DNA from: Thermodesulfovibrionales bacterium
Lineage (GTDB): Bacteria > Nitrospirota > Thermodesulfovibrionia > Thermodesulfovibrionales > SM23-35
Length of the DNA stretch: 64,000 nt
Assembly (NCBI GenBank): GCA_963715195.1
Contig: CAVQRT010000003.1
Coordinates: forward strand, 128,001-192,000
Reading direction: 5' to 3'
The notes below the pieces were generated by a model. It searched no databases. It was given only the letters and a program-made list of their open reading frames with translations, and was not told the DNA's origin. The position numbers and the translations under genes were made by a program. Shown in pieces: positions 29,798-39,769 of this stretch. Within the stretch, counting starts at the first letter, position 1. Every line of letters starts with the position of its first letter.

Positions 29798-30640
29798 CGG
29801 TTTTTTCCCCGTTTGGAAAGCATGCACAACGCTTGCTGCCACTTCTTCGATAGCCCTGTTTGAAACATCCACAATCCTCCAGCGAGGATACTGTTTGAAG
29901 AACGTCTGGCACCATTCGATCTCATCGAAGACCTTTACAGGATCTGCATATCGTGCCTCGGGCTCCAGTCCAAGCTGCTTCAGCCTTGCCTCTCTGAGTT
30001 TGACAAGACTTTCAACGCTGATAATCAAACCGAAGATTTTCCGCTGGTTGATCTGATTCAGCTCCCGGGGTGTCTCCATATCGGGATGCACAGGAATATT
30101 CGCAACTTTCCAACCCTGGTTAGCCATATAGGTCGATAACGGCGTTTTTCCCGTCCGCGAGAGGCCGATCAGGACAATATCAGCGAGATGAAGACCTTGC
30201 GGCAGCTTGCCGTCATCATGCTTGACAGCGAAATTGATTGCCTCGATCCTCCGGAAATATTCTTCGTCCAGGATATACTGCCTGCCGGGTATCTCCAGCG
30301 GCTTTTCCTTCAGGAATATGGATAATTGGATGATGAAGTTTCCGATGACATCGATTGCCTTTATTCCCCTGCGGTCCGCTTCTTTGATGAGAAAATCCCT
30401 TAAGCTTGGCTGCACAATGCTGAAGGCTATAAGTGCATCGTCGTCTGCAGCATGTTTGATAATTCTCGAAAGGTACGGTTCACCCGTTGCCAGAAAAAAC
30501 GGTTTGACCTCGATGTGTTCACGGTTGAACTGGGCAAGAGATGCCCGTGCAATCCTACTGATCGTCTCGCCGGTTCCCTCACCGACGAGATAAATAACTT
30601 TCTTGCCGTGAGCTTTTTTTGTTGGTGATGATTTTTTCAT
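29792..30640 (-). CDS. ppsR: PEP synthase regulatory kinase/pyrophosphorylase (DUF299), paralogue 2
   Basis: YFRRIEAINFAVKHDDG, GLSRTGKTPLS, KVANIP, AIEE. Confidence 0.9.
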   Translation of the reverse strand: MKKSSPTKKAHGKKVIYLVGEGTGETISRIARASLAQFNREHIEVKPFFLATGEPYLSRIIKHAADDDALIAFSIVQPSLRDFLIKEADRRGIKAIDVIGNFIIQLSIFLKEKPLEIPGRQYILDEEYFRRIEAINFAVKHDDGKLPQGLHLADIVLIGLSRTGKTPLSTYMANQGWKVANIPVHPDMETPRELNQINQRKIFGLIISVESLVKLREARLKQLGLEPEARYADPVKVFDEIEWCQTFFKQYPRWRIVDVSNRAIEEVAASVVHAFQTGKKPS

Positions 30641-30646
30641 TGTGTA

Positions 30647-30746
30647 ATCTCCCCCCGCCCCTCTTTCTGAAAGAGGGGGTTCATTACATTTTCCCCTTTT
30701 GATTTGAAAGCTCCCCCTTTTTTAAAGGGGGAAATAGGGGGATTAC
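30647..30746. repeat. CCCCT...AGGGGG palindromic intergenic repeat (related element near 53620-53680)
   Basis: CCCCTCTTT..AAAGAGGGGG; CCCCCTTTTTTAAAGGGGG. Confidence 0.55.
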
Positions 30747-30801
30747 TGATCCAACCCATGATCCCCATTATTTTTCACATCAACTCTTTAATGAATCGAT
30801 C

Positions 30802-31191
30802 TCAATACTTCCTCATGAAAAATATCGAATTCCCATTTTTCATCAATGTCAACCCTTCCGGATACTCCGAAGACAGTGGTTTCACGATCGCGTCAGCTGA
30901 AATGGTTTTTGCCAGTACCGTCATATAAGGAACAAGCTCCGCAGGGGTCCTCATTGAATAGAGGACATCAATCCCGTCATAGAGAGACAGATCAGGCCCG
31001 GTAATGTCATCAAGAAAAACGTCAAGCCCATTATGCACATATGGCCTGATATCGGTTGCAAAAACCTTCACCCCCCTCTTCTGCAAAGCGAGTGCAACAT
31101 CAGGAAAAAGGCCGATACCGATTTCTGCAGCGTTCGTGTACCGTTCTGCGATGAAGTCTATGAGACCTTCTACTCTTCTACGTGTCTCCAA
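30802..31191 (-). CDS. UPF0146 family protein (archaeal-type)
   Basis: EIGIG, ATDI, DDITGPDLSLY, YSMRTPAEL, IVKPL. Confidence 0.8.
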   Translation of the reverse strand: METRRRVEGLIDFIAERYTNAAEIGIGLFPDVALALQKRGVKVFATDIRPYVHNGLDVFLDDITGPDLSLYDGIDVLYSMRTPAELVPYMTVLAKTISADAIVKPLSSEYPEGLTLMKNGNSIFFMRKY

Positions 31192-33563
31192 AAGAACACC
31201 TCATCAAGAGGGATTTTTGCTATCTTCGCTTTCGTCTTTAGGCCCAAGGCCTTTTCCATCAGTATCTTTTGCTCCATAACAGCCACGTTTTTCCTCGAGG
31301 AGATTACCGTATCAGGATTTACCGATATCGAGGTGGCACCGCAGCGTATCATGAATTCAAGGTAGTCGGGATAAACGCTCGGAGCCTGACCGCAGATGGA
31401 TGTTGTAACGCCGTACTTCCTGCATACGGTCATGGTATAGGCAATAGCTCTCAAAACACCAAGATTCCGCTCATCATATAACTCCTGCACAGATGTGTCG
31501 TTCCTGTCAACGCCAAGTACGAGCATGGTCAGATCATTCGTACCAAAACTCACTCCATCTATTCCCTCCTTGCAGAACTCCTCAATCATAAAAACTGCAC
31601 TGGGAACTTCCACCATAATCCAGAGCTGGAAGCTGTTATCATTCTCATGGTCGAGTCCTTCCTCCTGCATAATACTCACCGTCTTCTTGAATACATCCAG
31701 TGTTCTGACAAAAGGAACCATGACCCAGATGTTGGTGAATCCCATCTTCTCCCGTGCCTGCCTGATAGCCTTTAATTCGAGCCTGAAAATGTCATCCTCT
31801 TTTGTATATCTGTATTCTCCACGATAACCGATCATAGGGTTGGGTCCAACGTTTTTTCGTTCATACTTTTCTCCACCGGGCATTTCAAGAAACTCATCAG
31901 GCTTGAAATCCAGAAACCGATATACCACAGGGCGCGGGAAGAAAGCTTCAGCCACCTGCCCTACACCGTTGGCAAATTTATCGATCATTACCTTGTCTCC
32001 TCCCTCTTCAAGGAGAAGCCTGGGGTGTTTCCCGATGCTGAGCATCAGGTGCTCTGCTCTCATCAATCCTACACCGTCTGCATTGGTCTCCTGTGCAACC
32101 TTTTGAGCGATCTCAGGAATAGAAAGATTCACGTACACTTTTGTTGCAGTTATAATCCGGGCAGACAGATCAACAGAAACGCCAGGGGATTGAACTATAG
32201 CCCCTTCCTGTTCTTTCATAGCTCCCGCAAAAACAAAGCCGCGCTGGCCGTCCACCGTTACTGTCTCACCCTCTTTCAGAACCTTTGTCGCTTTTTCAGT
32301 TCCAACGATACAGGGAACACCAAGTTCTCGGCTTACGATAGCTGCGTGACACGTTTTACCGCCGAGGTTTGTCACCACAGCAGCAGCGATTTTCATCGCG
32401 GGAACCCAGTCAGGGGTTGTCATATCGGTAACGAGTATCTCACCCTTTTGAAATCGTGATATATCCTTCACGTTTACAATAACCTTGCTCTTGCCGGAAG
32501 CCTTACCAGGACTCACACCAATCCCTCTGATGAGTATCTCTTGTTCCATCACATCCTTCCTTTCTTCAACTGTTACTTCTTTTTCCACGCCATAAACTGT
32601 CTCGGGGCGGGCCTGAAGGATAAATATCCTGCCCTTTTCGTCAATAGCCCATTCGATATCCTGGGGCACACCATAGTGTTTCTCTATCTGTAATCCGTAC
32701 CGAGCAATATGCACAATTTCCTGATCGGTTAATGCCTGCCTGTCCCGCAATTCCTGCGGTACCGCTATCCATTTTATCCCCCCCTTTTTATCAGATACAA
32801 TCTGCCGTTCTTTCTTCACAACATGCTTGCCGGAAACAGCCAAAGTACTCTTGTCGACAATATATTCGTCCGGGGTTACCTGACCACTGACGACCGCTTC
32901 TCCCAGCCCGGGTGATGCATTGATGACGATTTTGTCGTGCGCACCGCTCACGGGTTCTATCGTAAACATGACTCCAGAAGCACGGGAGTGTATCATCTCC
33001 TGCACAGCGACACTGATGAGGACTTCGTCGTCTGAAAACCCCTTCTCTTTGCGGTACACAATCGTGCGCGGAGTAAACAGGGAGCTCCAGCATTTTTTAA
33101 CGCTCTCCAGAAGGTTCTTGCCAGTCACGTTCAGAAAGGTATCCTGCTGCCCCGCAAAACTCGCACCCGGAAGATCCTCGGCAGTTGCGGAAGAACGAAC
33201 AGCCACCGGGATATTGTCTTTGCCCCTCTCCCTGCAGAGCTCCTGATATCTTTGAAGGACCTCTTTTTCTATCTCCCGTGGGAGCGGCAGTCCCTGAATG
33301 AGTTTCCTGATTTTTTGTGATACATTGTTCAGTGCATCCATGTCCGCGATGTCTGTTCCGGAGAGAAGCGACTGAATTTTCTTCTGTGCACCCGTTTTTT
33401 CAAGAAACGTTTGGTAAGCATCGGCAGAGAGAGCAAAACCATTGGGAACGGGTACACCGATCTTGCCGAACAGCTCACCGAGGTTGGCACATTTCCCCCC
33501 TACGAGCGGGATATCTTCTTTCCCGATATCTTTGAACCAGAGCACAAAATTACGTTTCACCAT
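31170..33563 (-). CDS. ppsA: Phosphoenolpyruvate synthase
   Basis: VGGKCANLGEL, AVRSSATAEDLP.ASFAGQQ, ILQARPETV, GGKTCHAAIVSRELG, SFGTNDLT, ICGQAPS. Confidence 0.96.
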   Translation of the reverse strand: MVKRNFVLWFKDIGKEDIPLVGGKCANLGELFGKIGVPVPNGFALSADAYQTFLEKTGAQKKIQSLLSGTDIADMDALNNVSQKIRKLIQGLPLPREIEKEVLQRYQELCRERGKDNIPVAVRSSATAEDLPGASFAGQQDTFLNVTGKNLLESVKKCWSSLFTPRTIVYRKEKGFSDDEVLISVAVQEMIHSRASGVMFTIEPVSGAHDKIVINASPGLGEAVVSGQVTPDEYIVDKSTLAVSGKHVVKKERQIVSDKKGGIKWIAVPQELRDRQALTDQEIVHIARYGLQIEKHYGVPQDIEWAIDEKGRIFILQARPETVYGVEKEVTVEERKDVMEQEILIRGIGVSPGKASGKSKVIVNVKDISRFQKGEILVTDMTTPDWVPAMKIAAAVVTNLGGKTCHAAIVSRELGVPCIVGTEKATKVLKEGETVTVDGQRGFVFAGAMKEQEGAIVQSPGVSVDLSARIITATKVYVNLSIPEIAQKVAQETNADGVGLMRAEHLMLSIGKHPRLLLEEGGDKVMIDKFANGVGQVAEAFFPRPVVYRFLDFKPDEFLEMPGGEKYERKNVGPNPMIGYRGEYRYTKEDDIFRLELKAIRQAREKMGFTNIWVMVPFVRTLDVFKKTVSIMQEEGLDHENDNSFQLWIMVEVPSAVFMIEEFCKEGIDGVSFGTNDLTMLVLGVDRNDTSVQELYDERNLGVLRAIAYTMTVCRKYGVTTSICGQAPSVYPDYLEFMIRCGATSISVNPDTVISSRKNVAVMEQKILMEKALGLKTKAKIAKIPLDEVFFWRHVEE

Positions 33564-33569
33564 AAAGCA

Positions 33570-34373
33570 TTACCTCCTTTCCTGCCTCCTCTCAATAATT
33601 TTGTTAGCAACCTCTTCTATGGAACTGTGGGTAACATCAATGATCTGCATTCCCTTAATTCTGTTGAATATTCTGTGGCTGTATTCCAGTTCCTTTTGAA
33701 TATGGGATATATCCAGATAATCGGTGGCACCGGCGTATTTCATTCTTTTCTCCCTGATAAAGGCGAGCCTCTCCGCCGCAATGGTCAAGCCTATTTTTTG
33801 CATATGCAGGGTAAAGATCGTTTCAGGCGGTGTGATCCCAGCAATAATAGGGACATTTGCAACTTTCAGGGTATGGTTGCATGAGAGATACAGACTGGTC
33901 GGGGTCTTTGATGTTCGTGAAACCCCGAAGAGAACAATTTCAGCATCCCCGATCGTATCGATCCCCTGCCCGTCATCGTGCCTGAGGGTAAAATCGATAG
34001 CCTCTGCAAGCCGGATAGACTCTGCACTGACCCTTCTGAGTATCCCGGGACTGAACGTCGGATTCAGATCCCACATTTTTCCTAATCTTTCAAGGAGCGG
34101 CCCGAGAACATCAACGGCAAAAAGATTCATCTGCCGTTTCTGTTTCCGGAGCCAGAGCCTGAGGTCCTGGGATACCAGAGAATACACGATAATACCCTGC
34201 ATCGCTTCCGCCTGCTCCAGAATCGACTTAATCTGTTCTTTGGTTTTGATATACGGAAATTTTTTGAAGACCGGAACAATCTCCTTGAATTGAACCAGGA
34301 CAGCACTGATGATCATTTCAGCGGTTAATCCCGTTGCATCAGAGACAATAAAAACATGCACTTTTTTCTTCAA
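33570..34373 (-). CDS. ppsR: PEP synthase regulatory kinase/pyrophosphorylase (DUF299), paralogue 1
   Basis: VSDATGLTAE, HDDG, GVSRTSKTP, SIEE. Confidence 0.9.
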   Translation of the reverse strand: MKKKVHVFIVSDATGLTAEMIISAVLVQFKEIVPVFKKFPYIKTKEQIKSILEQAEAMQGIIVYSLVSQDLRLWLRKQKRQMNLFAVDVLGPLLERLGKMWDLNPTFSPGILRRVSAESIRLAEAIDFTLRHDDGQGIDTIGDAEIVLFGVSRTSKTPTSLYLSCNHTLKVANVPIIAGITPPETIFTLHMQKIGLTIAAERLAFIREKRMKYAGATDYLDISHIQKELEYSHRIFNRIKGMQIIDVTHSSIEEVANKIIERRQERR

Positions 34374-34397
34374 GCGGCGGAATCTCCTCTCGACATT

Positions 34398-35432
34398 TCA
34401 GAGCTTGATACCCGGCCAGTTCATGACGGGATCGGCGGAACTCACCACGTGCATCCCCGCGCGTGCAAACCTCCGATACGCTTCATCAGCGCGTTCTGTA
34501 TAATCAATAACTCCCGGGACAACAACAGGTGATGAGCAATCCTCAAGCAGGTATACTTTCTCAACCAGCTGCTCATCATGGGTAAGGATATCACTGAGGA
34601 GATCATCGACGGTCCAGGCAACGCAGTGACTCTTCGCCTCTCCTGCAATGATGACTGCATCGAATTCACGGAGCTTCTGCATGAATTTGTCACTCTTCTG
34701 ACCAAGATGTTCCCCCCCCGGTCCATCTCGCACCTCGGGACCGAGCACGGAATAATGCTCGGTAAATGGTTTATCTCCTTTCAGGCGGATGTCGGACTGA
34801 CTGTACCGTGCGACAGAGTGAAAAAAGACCGCTTCCTCAAATGATGCCACAAGGGCATGGCCTATCCCCCCGAGCATCGCATGATATGGCCATACCGTCA
34901 GGTCATATTTCCCGCCCTGCCTGAGCCTCCCGGCATAATACAGAAGGTGATGCTGCCCAAACTCTTGACTGACCTGCAAACTGTAACAGAGCTCCGGGTT
35001 GAATCTCCACAACCCCTTCCCGATGTCTTCTTCCGATATCAGGGTGAAAGGTGCCGGATGTTCACCGCGGTCGTTTATGAGATAAATGCTGTGGAAGATC
35101 TGCATCGTCCGGTGTGTATCCATGGTAGGACAGGTCTGCGTTATAATGTTCAGGTTCCGGTAAAGGAAATCGCAGAGCCTTCGTGTATCCTCGACAGCCC
35201 CGGAACCTGATGGGTCGCCAACATATAATTCAAATCCGGGAATGCAAAAGGTATTTTGAACATCAACTGCGATCAGACATATTCTGAAGTGGTCTTCAAC
35301 AGCGGGTCTGATATCATGCTGCTTCGCCCATTGCTCGGCGTCGTGCGCTAATTGCTGGTAAGCAACTCTCCAGATTTCACCTGTCCTCTGTGTGCTGAAG
35401 TGGGGCGGAACGGGAAGCTCACCTCTTCGCAT
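34398..35432 (-). CDS. Isochorismatase/nicotinamidase-like cysteine hydrolase
   Basis: DVQNTFC, MDTH, WPYH, GEAKSHCV, EDCSS. Confidence 0.85.
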   Translation of the reverse strand: MRRGELPVPPHFSTQRTGEIWRVAYQQLAHDAEQWAKQHDIRPAVEDHFRICLIAVDVQNTFCIPGFELYVGDPSGSGAVEDTRRLCDFLYRNLNIITQTCPTMDTHRTMQIFHSIYLINDRGEHPAPFTLISEEDIGKGLWRFNPELCYSLQVSQEFGQHHLLYYAGRLRQGGKYDLTVWPYHAMLGGIGHALVASFEEAVFFHSVARYSQSDIRLKGDKPFTEHYSVLGPEVRDGPGGEHLGQKSDKFMQKLREFDAVIIAGEAKSHCVAWTVDDLLSDILTHDEQLVEKVYLLEDCSSPVVVPGVIDYTERADEAYRRFARAGMHVVSSADPVMNWPGIKL

Positions 35433-35448
35433 GATCCCCTTCCTTCCG

Positions 35449-35952
35449 TCATTCCGGAACGTTTTTCACCGATCTGAACTTCTCCCGTAAGGCTGCTTCA
35501 ACTTCTTCAGTCACAAAACCCCGAACGGCACCCCCGAAGGATGCCACTTCCTTAATGACGCTTGACGTAATAAAGCCGTACTCTTCACTTGGCATCATAA
35601 AAACCGTTTCAATATCAGCATCAAGCGCCCGGTTCATATGAGCCATCTGCAGTTCAGTCTCGAAATCGGAAATAGCTCTCAGGCCCCGGAGAATGGCATC
35701 TCCTTTCCGCTGCCTGACATATTCGACAAGCAGGCCTTGAAACGCCTCAACCGTTACGCCATCAATCCCTCTCACTGCGTGGTTGATCATATTCAGTCGT
35801 TCCTGAAGCGTGAAGAGAGGATTCTTCTTGTAACTCGGCGCAACAGCAATAATAACTTCATTGAATATCCTGACCGCCCTCCTGACGAGATCAAGGTGTC
35901 CGTTGGTTATGGGATCAAATGTCCCGGGATAAATGGCCCTTTTTTTCATCAT
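35449..35952 (-). CDS. coaD: Phosphopantetheine adenylyltransferase
   Basis: YPGTFDPITNGH, RGLRA.SDF; ATGA overlap with rsmD. Confidence 0.97.
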   Translation of the reverse strand: MMKKRAIYPGTFDPITNGHLDLVRRAVRIFNEVIIAVAPSYKKNPLFTLQERLNMINHAVRGIDGVTVEAFQGLLVEYVRQRKGDAILRGLRAISDFETELQMAHMNRALDADIETVFMMPSEEYGFITSSVIKEVASFGGAVRGFVTEEVEAALREKFRSVKNVPE

Positions 35953-36524
35953 ATGGTTCTTTTGTAGAGTGTCAGCGTGGTATCCCCGTACCGATAACAT
36001 TTATGCAGCGCTAAGAATCCGATCTGATCCGGAAGGTTTTTTTTGAAAAAATGCTCAACGATAACGATGCCGTCTGCTTTCAAAAGCTCCTCCTTTCCAA
36101 GAACGGGCAGGACTTTCTCAATCTCTTCAGATTGATACGGTGGGTCTATAAAAAAAATATCATATTGTTCATGAGCAGATGACGCCCTTGTGAGAAAATC
36201 ATCGGCTCTTCCCTGGAAAATTTGGACATTGTGAGAAAACCCGAAATCATGTGCGTTCCGCTTCATGGTTTCTGTCATGACCGGATCAGGCTCTATGAAA
36301 ACGGCTTTTGCCGCACCTCTCGACAGCGATTCAAAACCCACTGTGCCTGTGCCCGCGTAGAGATCGACAAAAGCGGCCCCTTCAATCCGGTTCCTGAGAA
36401 TATCAAAGAGTGCTTCTCTGACTTTTGCGGAAGTTGGCCTCAGCCGCTCTCCTGGTGAAGCCCTCGCGAAAAGCTTTTTTGTTGCCGTACGTCTCCCCTT
36501 CGCAAAACCTCCGGAGATCCTCAT
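35949..36524 (-). CDS. rsmD: 16S rRNA m2G966 methyltransferase
   Basis: MRISGG, RPT..KVREALF, DLYAGTG, DPPY, YGDT. Confidence 0.95.
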   Translation of the reverse strand: MRISGGFAKGRRTATKKLFARASPGERLRPTSAKVREALFDILRNRIEGAAFVDLYAGTGTVGFESLSRGAAKAVFIEPDPVMTETMKRNAHDFGFSHNVQIFQGRADDFLTRASSAHEQYDIFFIDPPYQSEEIEKVLPVLGKEELLKADGIVIVEHFFKKNLPDQIGFLALHKCYRYGDTTLTLYKRTI

Positions 36525-36675
36525 TTGTCTATATATTACTACAAGAGATATGAGCCTGCAACTTATTGACCCAAGATGCTTTGGAGAACAGATATCAGGA
36601 AACCTTGACGGGCTGCAAAAGAAAAGTTGATAATGCTAAACGAGCAATAACTTCTCAGAAAGACAGGGGGATATC

Positions 36676-37173
36676 ATGGCAGATGAGCATTCGTTTGACA
36701 TTGTGAGCAGAGTCGATATGCAGGAGGTCTTAAACGCTGTTCAACAGGCACTGAAGGAGATAAGCCAGCGCTTCGACTTCAAAGGAAGTAAAAGCAGCAT
36801 CGACCTGAGTAAGGAAAAGGCGGAAATAACCCTCGTGGCAGACGACGATTATAAACTGAAAAGCCTTACGGAAATCCTCAAGGCAAAACTGGTGAAGAGG
36901 AATGTTTCCCTGAAAGCCCTGAATTTCGGCAAGGTTGAGAAAGCTGCAGGTGATACATTACGGCAGCTCATATCCCTTCAGCAGGGGCTGTCACCGGAGA
37001 GGGCAAAGGATATCGCAAAGCTGATAAAAGACACGAAACTCAAAGTTCAGGCGGAGATCCAGAAAGACCAGGTGAGGGTGAGGGCAAAAAAGATTGATGA
37101 CCTCCAGGCGATCATAAAAATGCTGAAAGAGAAGGATCTCGATTTTCACATCGAATATATCAATTACCGGTAA
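36676..37173 (+). CDS. yajQ: YajQ family nucleotide-binding protein
   Basis: SFDIVS, RFDFKGS, C-terminal NYR. Confidence 0.95.
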   Translation: MADEHSFDIVSRVDMQEVLNAVQQALKEISQRFDFKGSKSSIDLSKEKAEITLVADDDYKLKSLTEILKAKLVKRNVSLKALNFGKVEKAAGDTLRQLISLQQGLSPERAKDIAKLIKDTKLKVQAEIQKDQVRVRAKKIDDLQAIIKMLKEKDLDFHIEYINYR

Positions 37174-37244
37174 AACTGCCGGACGAAAAGCAGCAGGACG
37201 ATAAGGTTATGCAATACTGTTGAGGCTATGCTCCTGTATGAGTG

Positions 37245-37532
37245 TTACTCGATGATTTTCGGTACCCGGTAGAATTTGCCGGTATGCGAGGGTGCATTCG
37301 AGAGGGCCTCATCCCTCGTAATCGACTGCCGAACCAGATCATCCCTCGTGACATTCTGCAAAGACAGTACATGGGATGTGGGCTGAACAGCGCTCGTATC
37401 GAGCTCATTCAGCTTTTTCATATAATCAAGAATGCTGCTGAGCTGCGACCCGAACCTTTCCTGCTCTTCATCCGAAAGGAAAAGCCTGGCCAAAAGTGCA
37501 ATATGTTCAATTTCACCTTTGGTAATCTGCAT
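37245..37532 (-). CDS. gatC: Asp/Glu-tRNA amidotransferase subunit C
   Basis: HIALLARL, LNELDT, VPKIIE. Confidence 0.95.
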   Translation of the reverse strand: MQITKGEIEHIALLARLFLSDEEQERFGSQLSSILDYMKKLNELDTSAVQPTSHVLSLQNVTRDDLVRQSITRDEALSNAPSHTGKFYRVPKIIE

Positions 37533-37540
37533 GGCCGGAG

Positions 37541-39631
37541 CTAAATTTTTTCGAGATTTGCGAATCTCACAGCAAGCCTCTTAATTCCAAAATTGGGGAA
37601 GTTAACCATTACTTTCTGATCATCCCCGTCTCCGTAAGAGTCACGAACAACCCCTATGCCCCATGCCGGGTGTTTCACCCTGCATCCTGCGTTGTAAAAT
37701 GAGTAGCTTTTTCCCCGCCCGTTCTTCTGCCGACGGGTTACCGTCACAGTATGGTGTCCGCTTATCTTGTCAATCCAGTGACAGCATTCCCTGGGGATGT
37801 CCCTGAGAAAACGCGAAGGTTCCTGATCCTGGAATTTTGCATAGAGCTTCCTCTTGCTGGCTCCGGTCAGCCATAAAACATCCTGGGCACGGGTCATCCC
37901 GACATAGAAAAGTCTGCGCTCTTCGGCAATCTCCTCTTCATTCTTCATTGCTTTGCAATAGGGGAGAACCCCCTCTTCGACCCCGGTAACAAAAACAGCC
38001 GGAAACTCCAGCCCTTTCGCGTTATGCAACGTCATGAGAGATACGCAATCTGCTCCGCATGGATCGTCAAGGCTGGTGATGAGCGAGACGCGGTCAAGAA
38101 AACTCCCGATATCCATGCCTTCTGCAGAAGAAATGAGCTCTTCCACGTTCTTTGCCCGCTCTTCATCGAGGGTGTTCGAATACCCTGATTTCTCATAAAT
38201 ACGTCTCAGCAGATCTGCTGCCGATTTATATCTCACAGAGGCAATTCGATCGATCATCTTGACAAAATCAGCAAACTTTGTCTTCACCGCCTGGGAGAAA
38301 TGGTCTCCGCGAAGATTTGCTTTTACGATATCAAATAATGGAAGGGATTTCTTCTTCGCATCCTGTTCTATCCTGTTCAGGATAGCTGCACCGATTCCCC
38401 GCGCAGGAGTATTGATAATTCTCCTGAAGCTCACATTGTCTCCTTTGTTGGAGACGAAACGCATATATGCGATAAGGTCTTTAATCTCCCTCCTCTTATA
38501 AAAACTGATGCTTCCGAGGATTCGATAGGGGATCCCTTCATCACGCATGGCATCTTCGAGAGCCTTGGCTTGAAGATTGACGCGGTAAAACACCGCAAAA
38601 TCCCTATAGTTGTATGTACCTTTCAGGTAGTATTCTTTGATGGCCTTTGCGATACACCTGGCTTCGTCCGTATACGTCCTGAACCAGCAGAAATGTACCT
38701 TTTCCCCCGTAATACGGTCTGTCCAGAGTTTTTTGGACTGCCTCTTGACGTTCCGTGCAATCACTGCACCTGACACATTCAGAATATGCTGCGTCGAACG
38801 GTAGTTCTGTTCCAGTTTGATCAGCTTTGCACCGGGAAAGTCATGCTTGAAATTCAGGATATTACTTACATTGGCCCCTCTGAACTTATAGATGCTCTGG
38901 TCATCATCGCCCACAACACAAATCCTTTTATGGGCTGAGGCAAGAAGTTTGAGCAGCTCATACTGGGCAAAATTCGTATCCTGAAACTCATCGACGAGAA
39001 TATATGCAAACGTCTTCTGATAGTGTTGGAGAATTTTTGCGTTATCCGTAAACAGCTTCACCGTCAACATGATAAGATCATCAAAATCGAGCGCGTTGCT
39101 CCTCTTCATTTCGTGCTGATACCGGACATATACCTTGGCAAGCTTTTCATCAAAGCCGAAGCCGTCTCCTGAAGCAAGAAACATTTCAGGACTTATCAGG
39201 GAAGACTTCAAAAAGCTGATACGCGAGACGATTCCCTTGTAGAGGGCTTCATAAATCTTGAATTCCTTCAGGATATGCCGTATAAGTTTGCACTGGTCAT
39301 CTTCGTCGTAAATCGAAAAATTGCTTGAATACCCGAGCGCCGGGATCTCTTTGCGCAATATTCTGCTGCATTGTGAATGAAAGGTTCCGATCCAAGCACC
39401 GTTCAGATCTTTATCGAGGAGACCCCGAATCCGATCTTTCATCTCGTTGGCTGCCTTATTGGTAAAGGTCACGGTCAATATTGAATCAGTGGAGATCTTC
39501 TTTGTTTTGTTCAGATATGAAAACTTATGAGCGATAACCCTGGTCTTGCCGCTTCCCGCACCGGCAAATACAAGCAACGGGCTGCTGATATACTGAAGAG
39601 CTTCTTTTTGCTGGGGATTTAGGTCATGCAT
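37541..39631 (-). CDS. pcrA: UvrD/PcrA helicase
   Basis: AGAGSGKT, TFTNKAA, VDEFQDTN, EQNYRST, EERRLFYVGMTRA, C-terminal HP.WG.G. Confidence 0.93.
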   Translation of the reverse strand: MHDLNPQQKEALQYISSPLLVFAGAGSGKTRVIAHKFSYLNKTKKISTDSILTVTFTNKAANEMKDRIRGLLDKDLNGAWIGTFHSQCSRILRKEIPALGYSSNFSIYDEDDQCKLIRHILKEFKIYEALYKGIVSRISFLKSSLISPEMFLASGDGFGFDEKLAKVYVRYQHEMKRSNALDFDDLIMLTVKLFTDNAKILQHYQKTFAYILVDEFQDTNFAQYELLKLLASAHKRICVVGDDDQSIYKFRGANVSNILNFKHDFPGAKLIKLEQNYRSTQHILNVSGAVIARNVKRQSKKLWTDRITGEKVHFCWFRTYTDEARCIAKAIKEYYLKGTYNYRDFAVFYRVNLQAKALEDAMRDEGIPYRILGSISFYKRREIKDLIAYMRFVSNKGDNVSFRRIINTPARGIGAAILNRIEQDAKKKSLPLFDIVKANLRGDHFSQAVKTKFADFVKMIDRIASVRYKSAADLLRRIYEKSGYSNTLDEERAKNVEELISSAEGMDIGSFLDRVSLITSLDDPCGADCVSLMTLHNAKGLEFPAVFVTGVEEGVLPYCKAMKNEEEIAEERRLFYVGMTRAQDVLWLTGASKRKLYAKFQDQEPSRFLRDIPRECCHWIDKISGHHTVTVTRRQKNGRGKSYSFYNAGCRVKHPAWGIGVVRDSYGDGDDQKVMVNFPNFGIKRLAVRFANLEKI

Positions 39632-39769
39632 TAAATTCTCCTTTGATGTTTTCATGTTAACAGATTTGCAGGAACGAAATCTATACACAGCCTGCGTTCG
39701 GGCATTTCCCGGGCATCCCGCGTCCCTTTCCGGAAGGAATCAATGTATTTCTAAAAACGCTTCCCCGGA

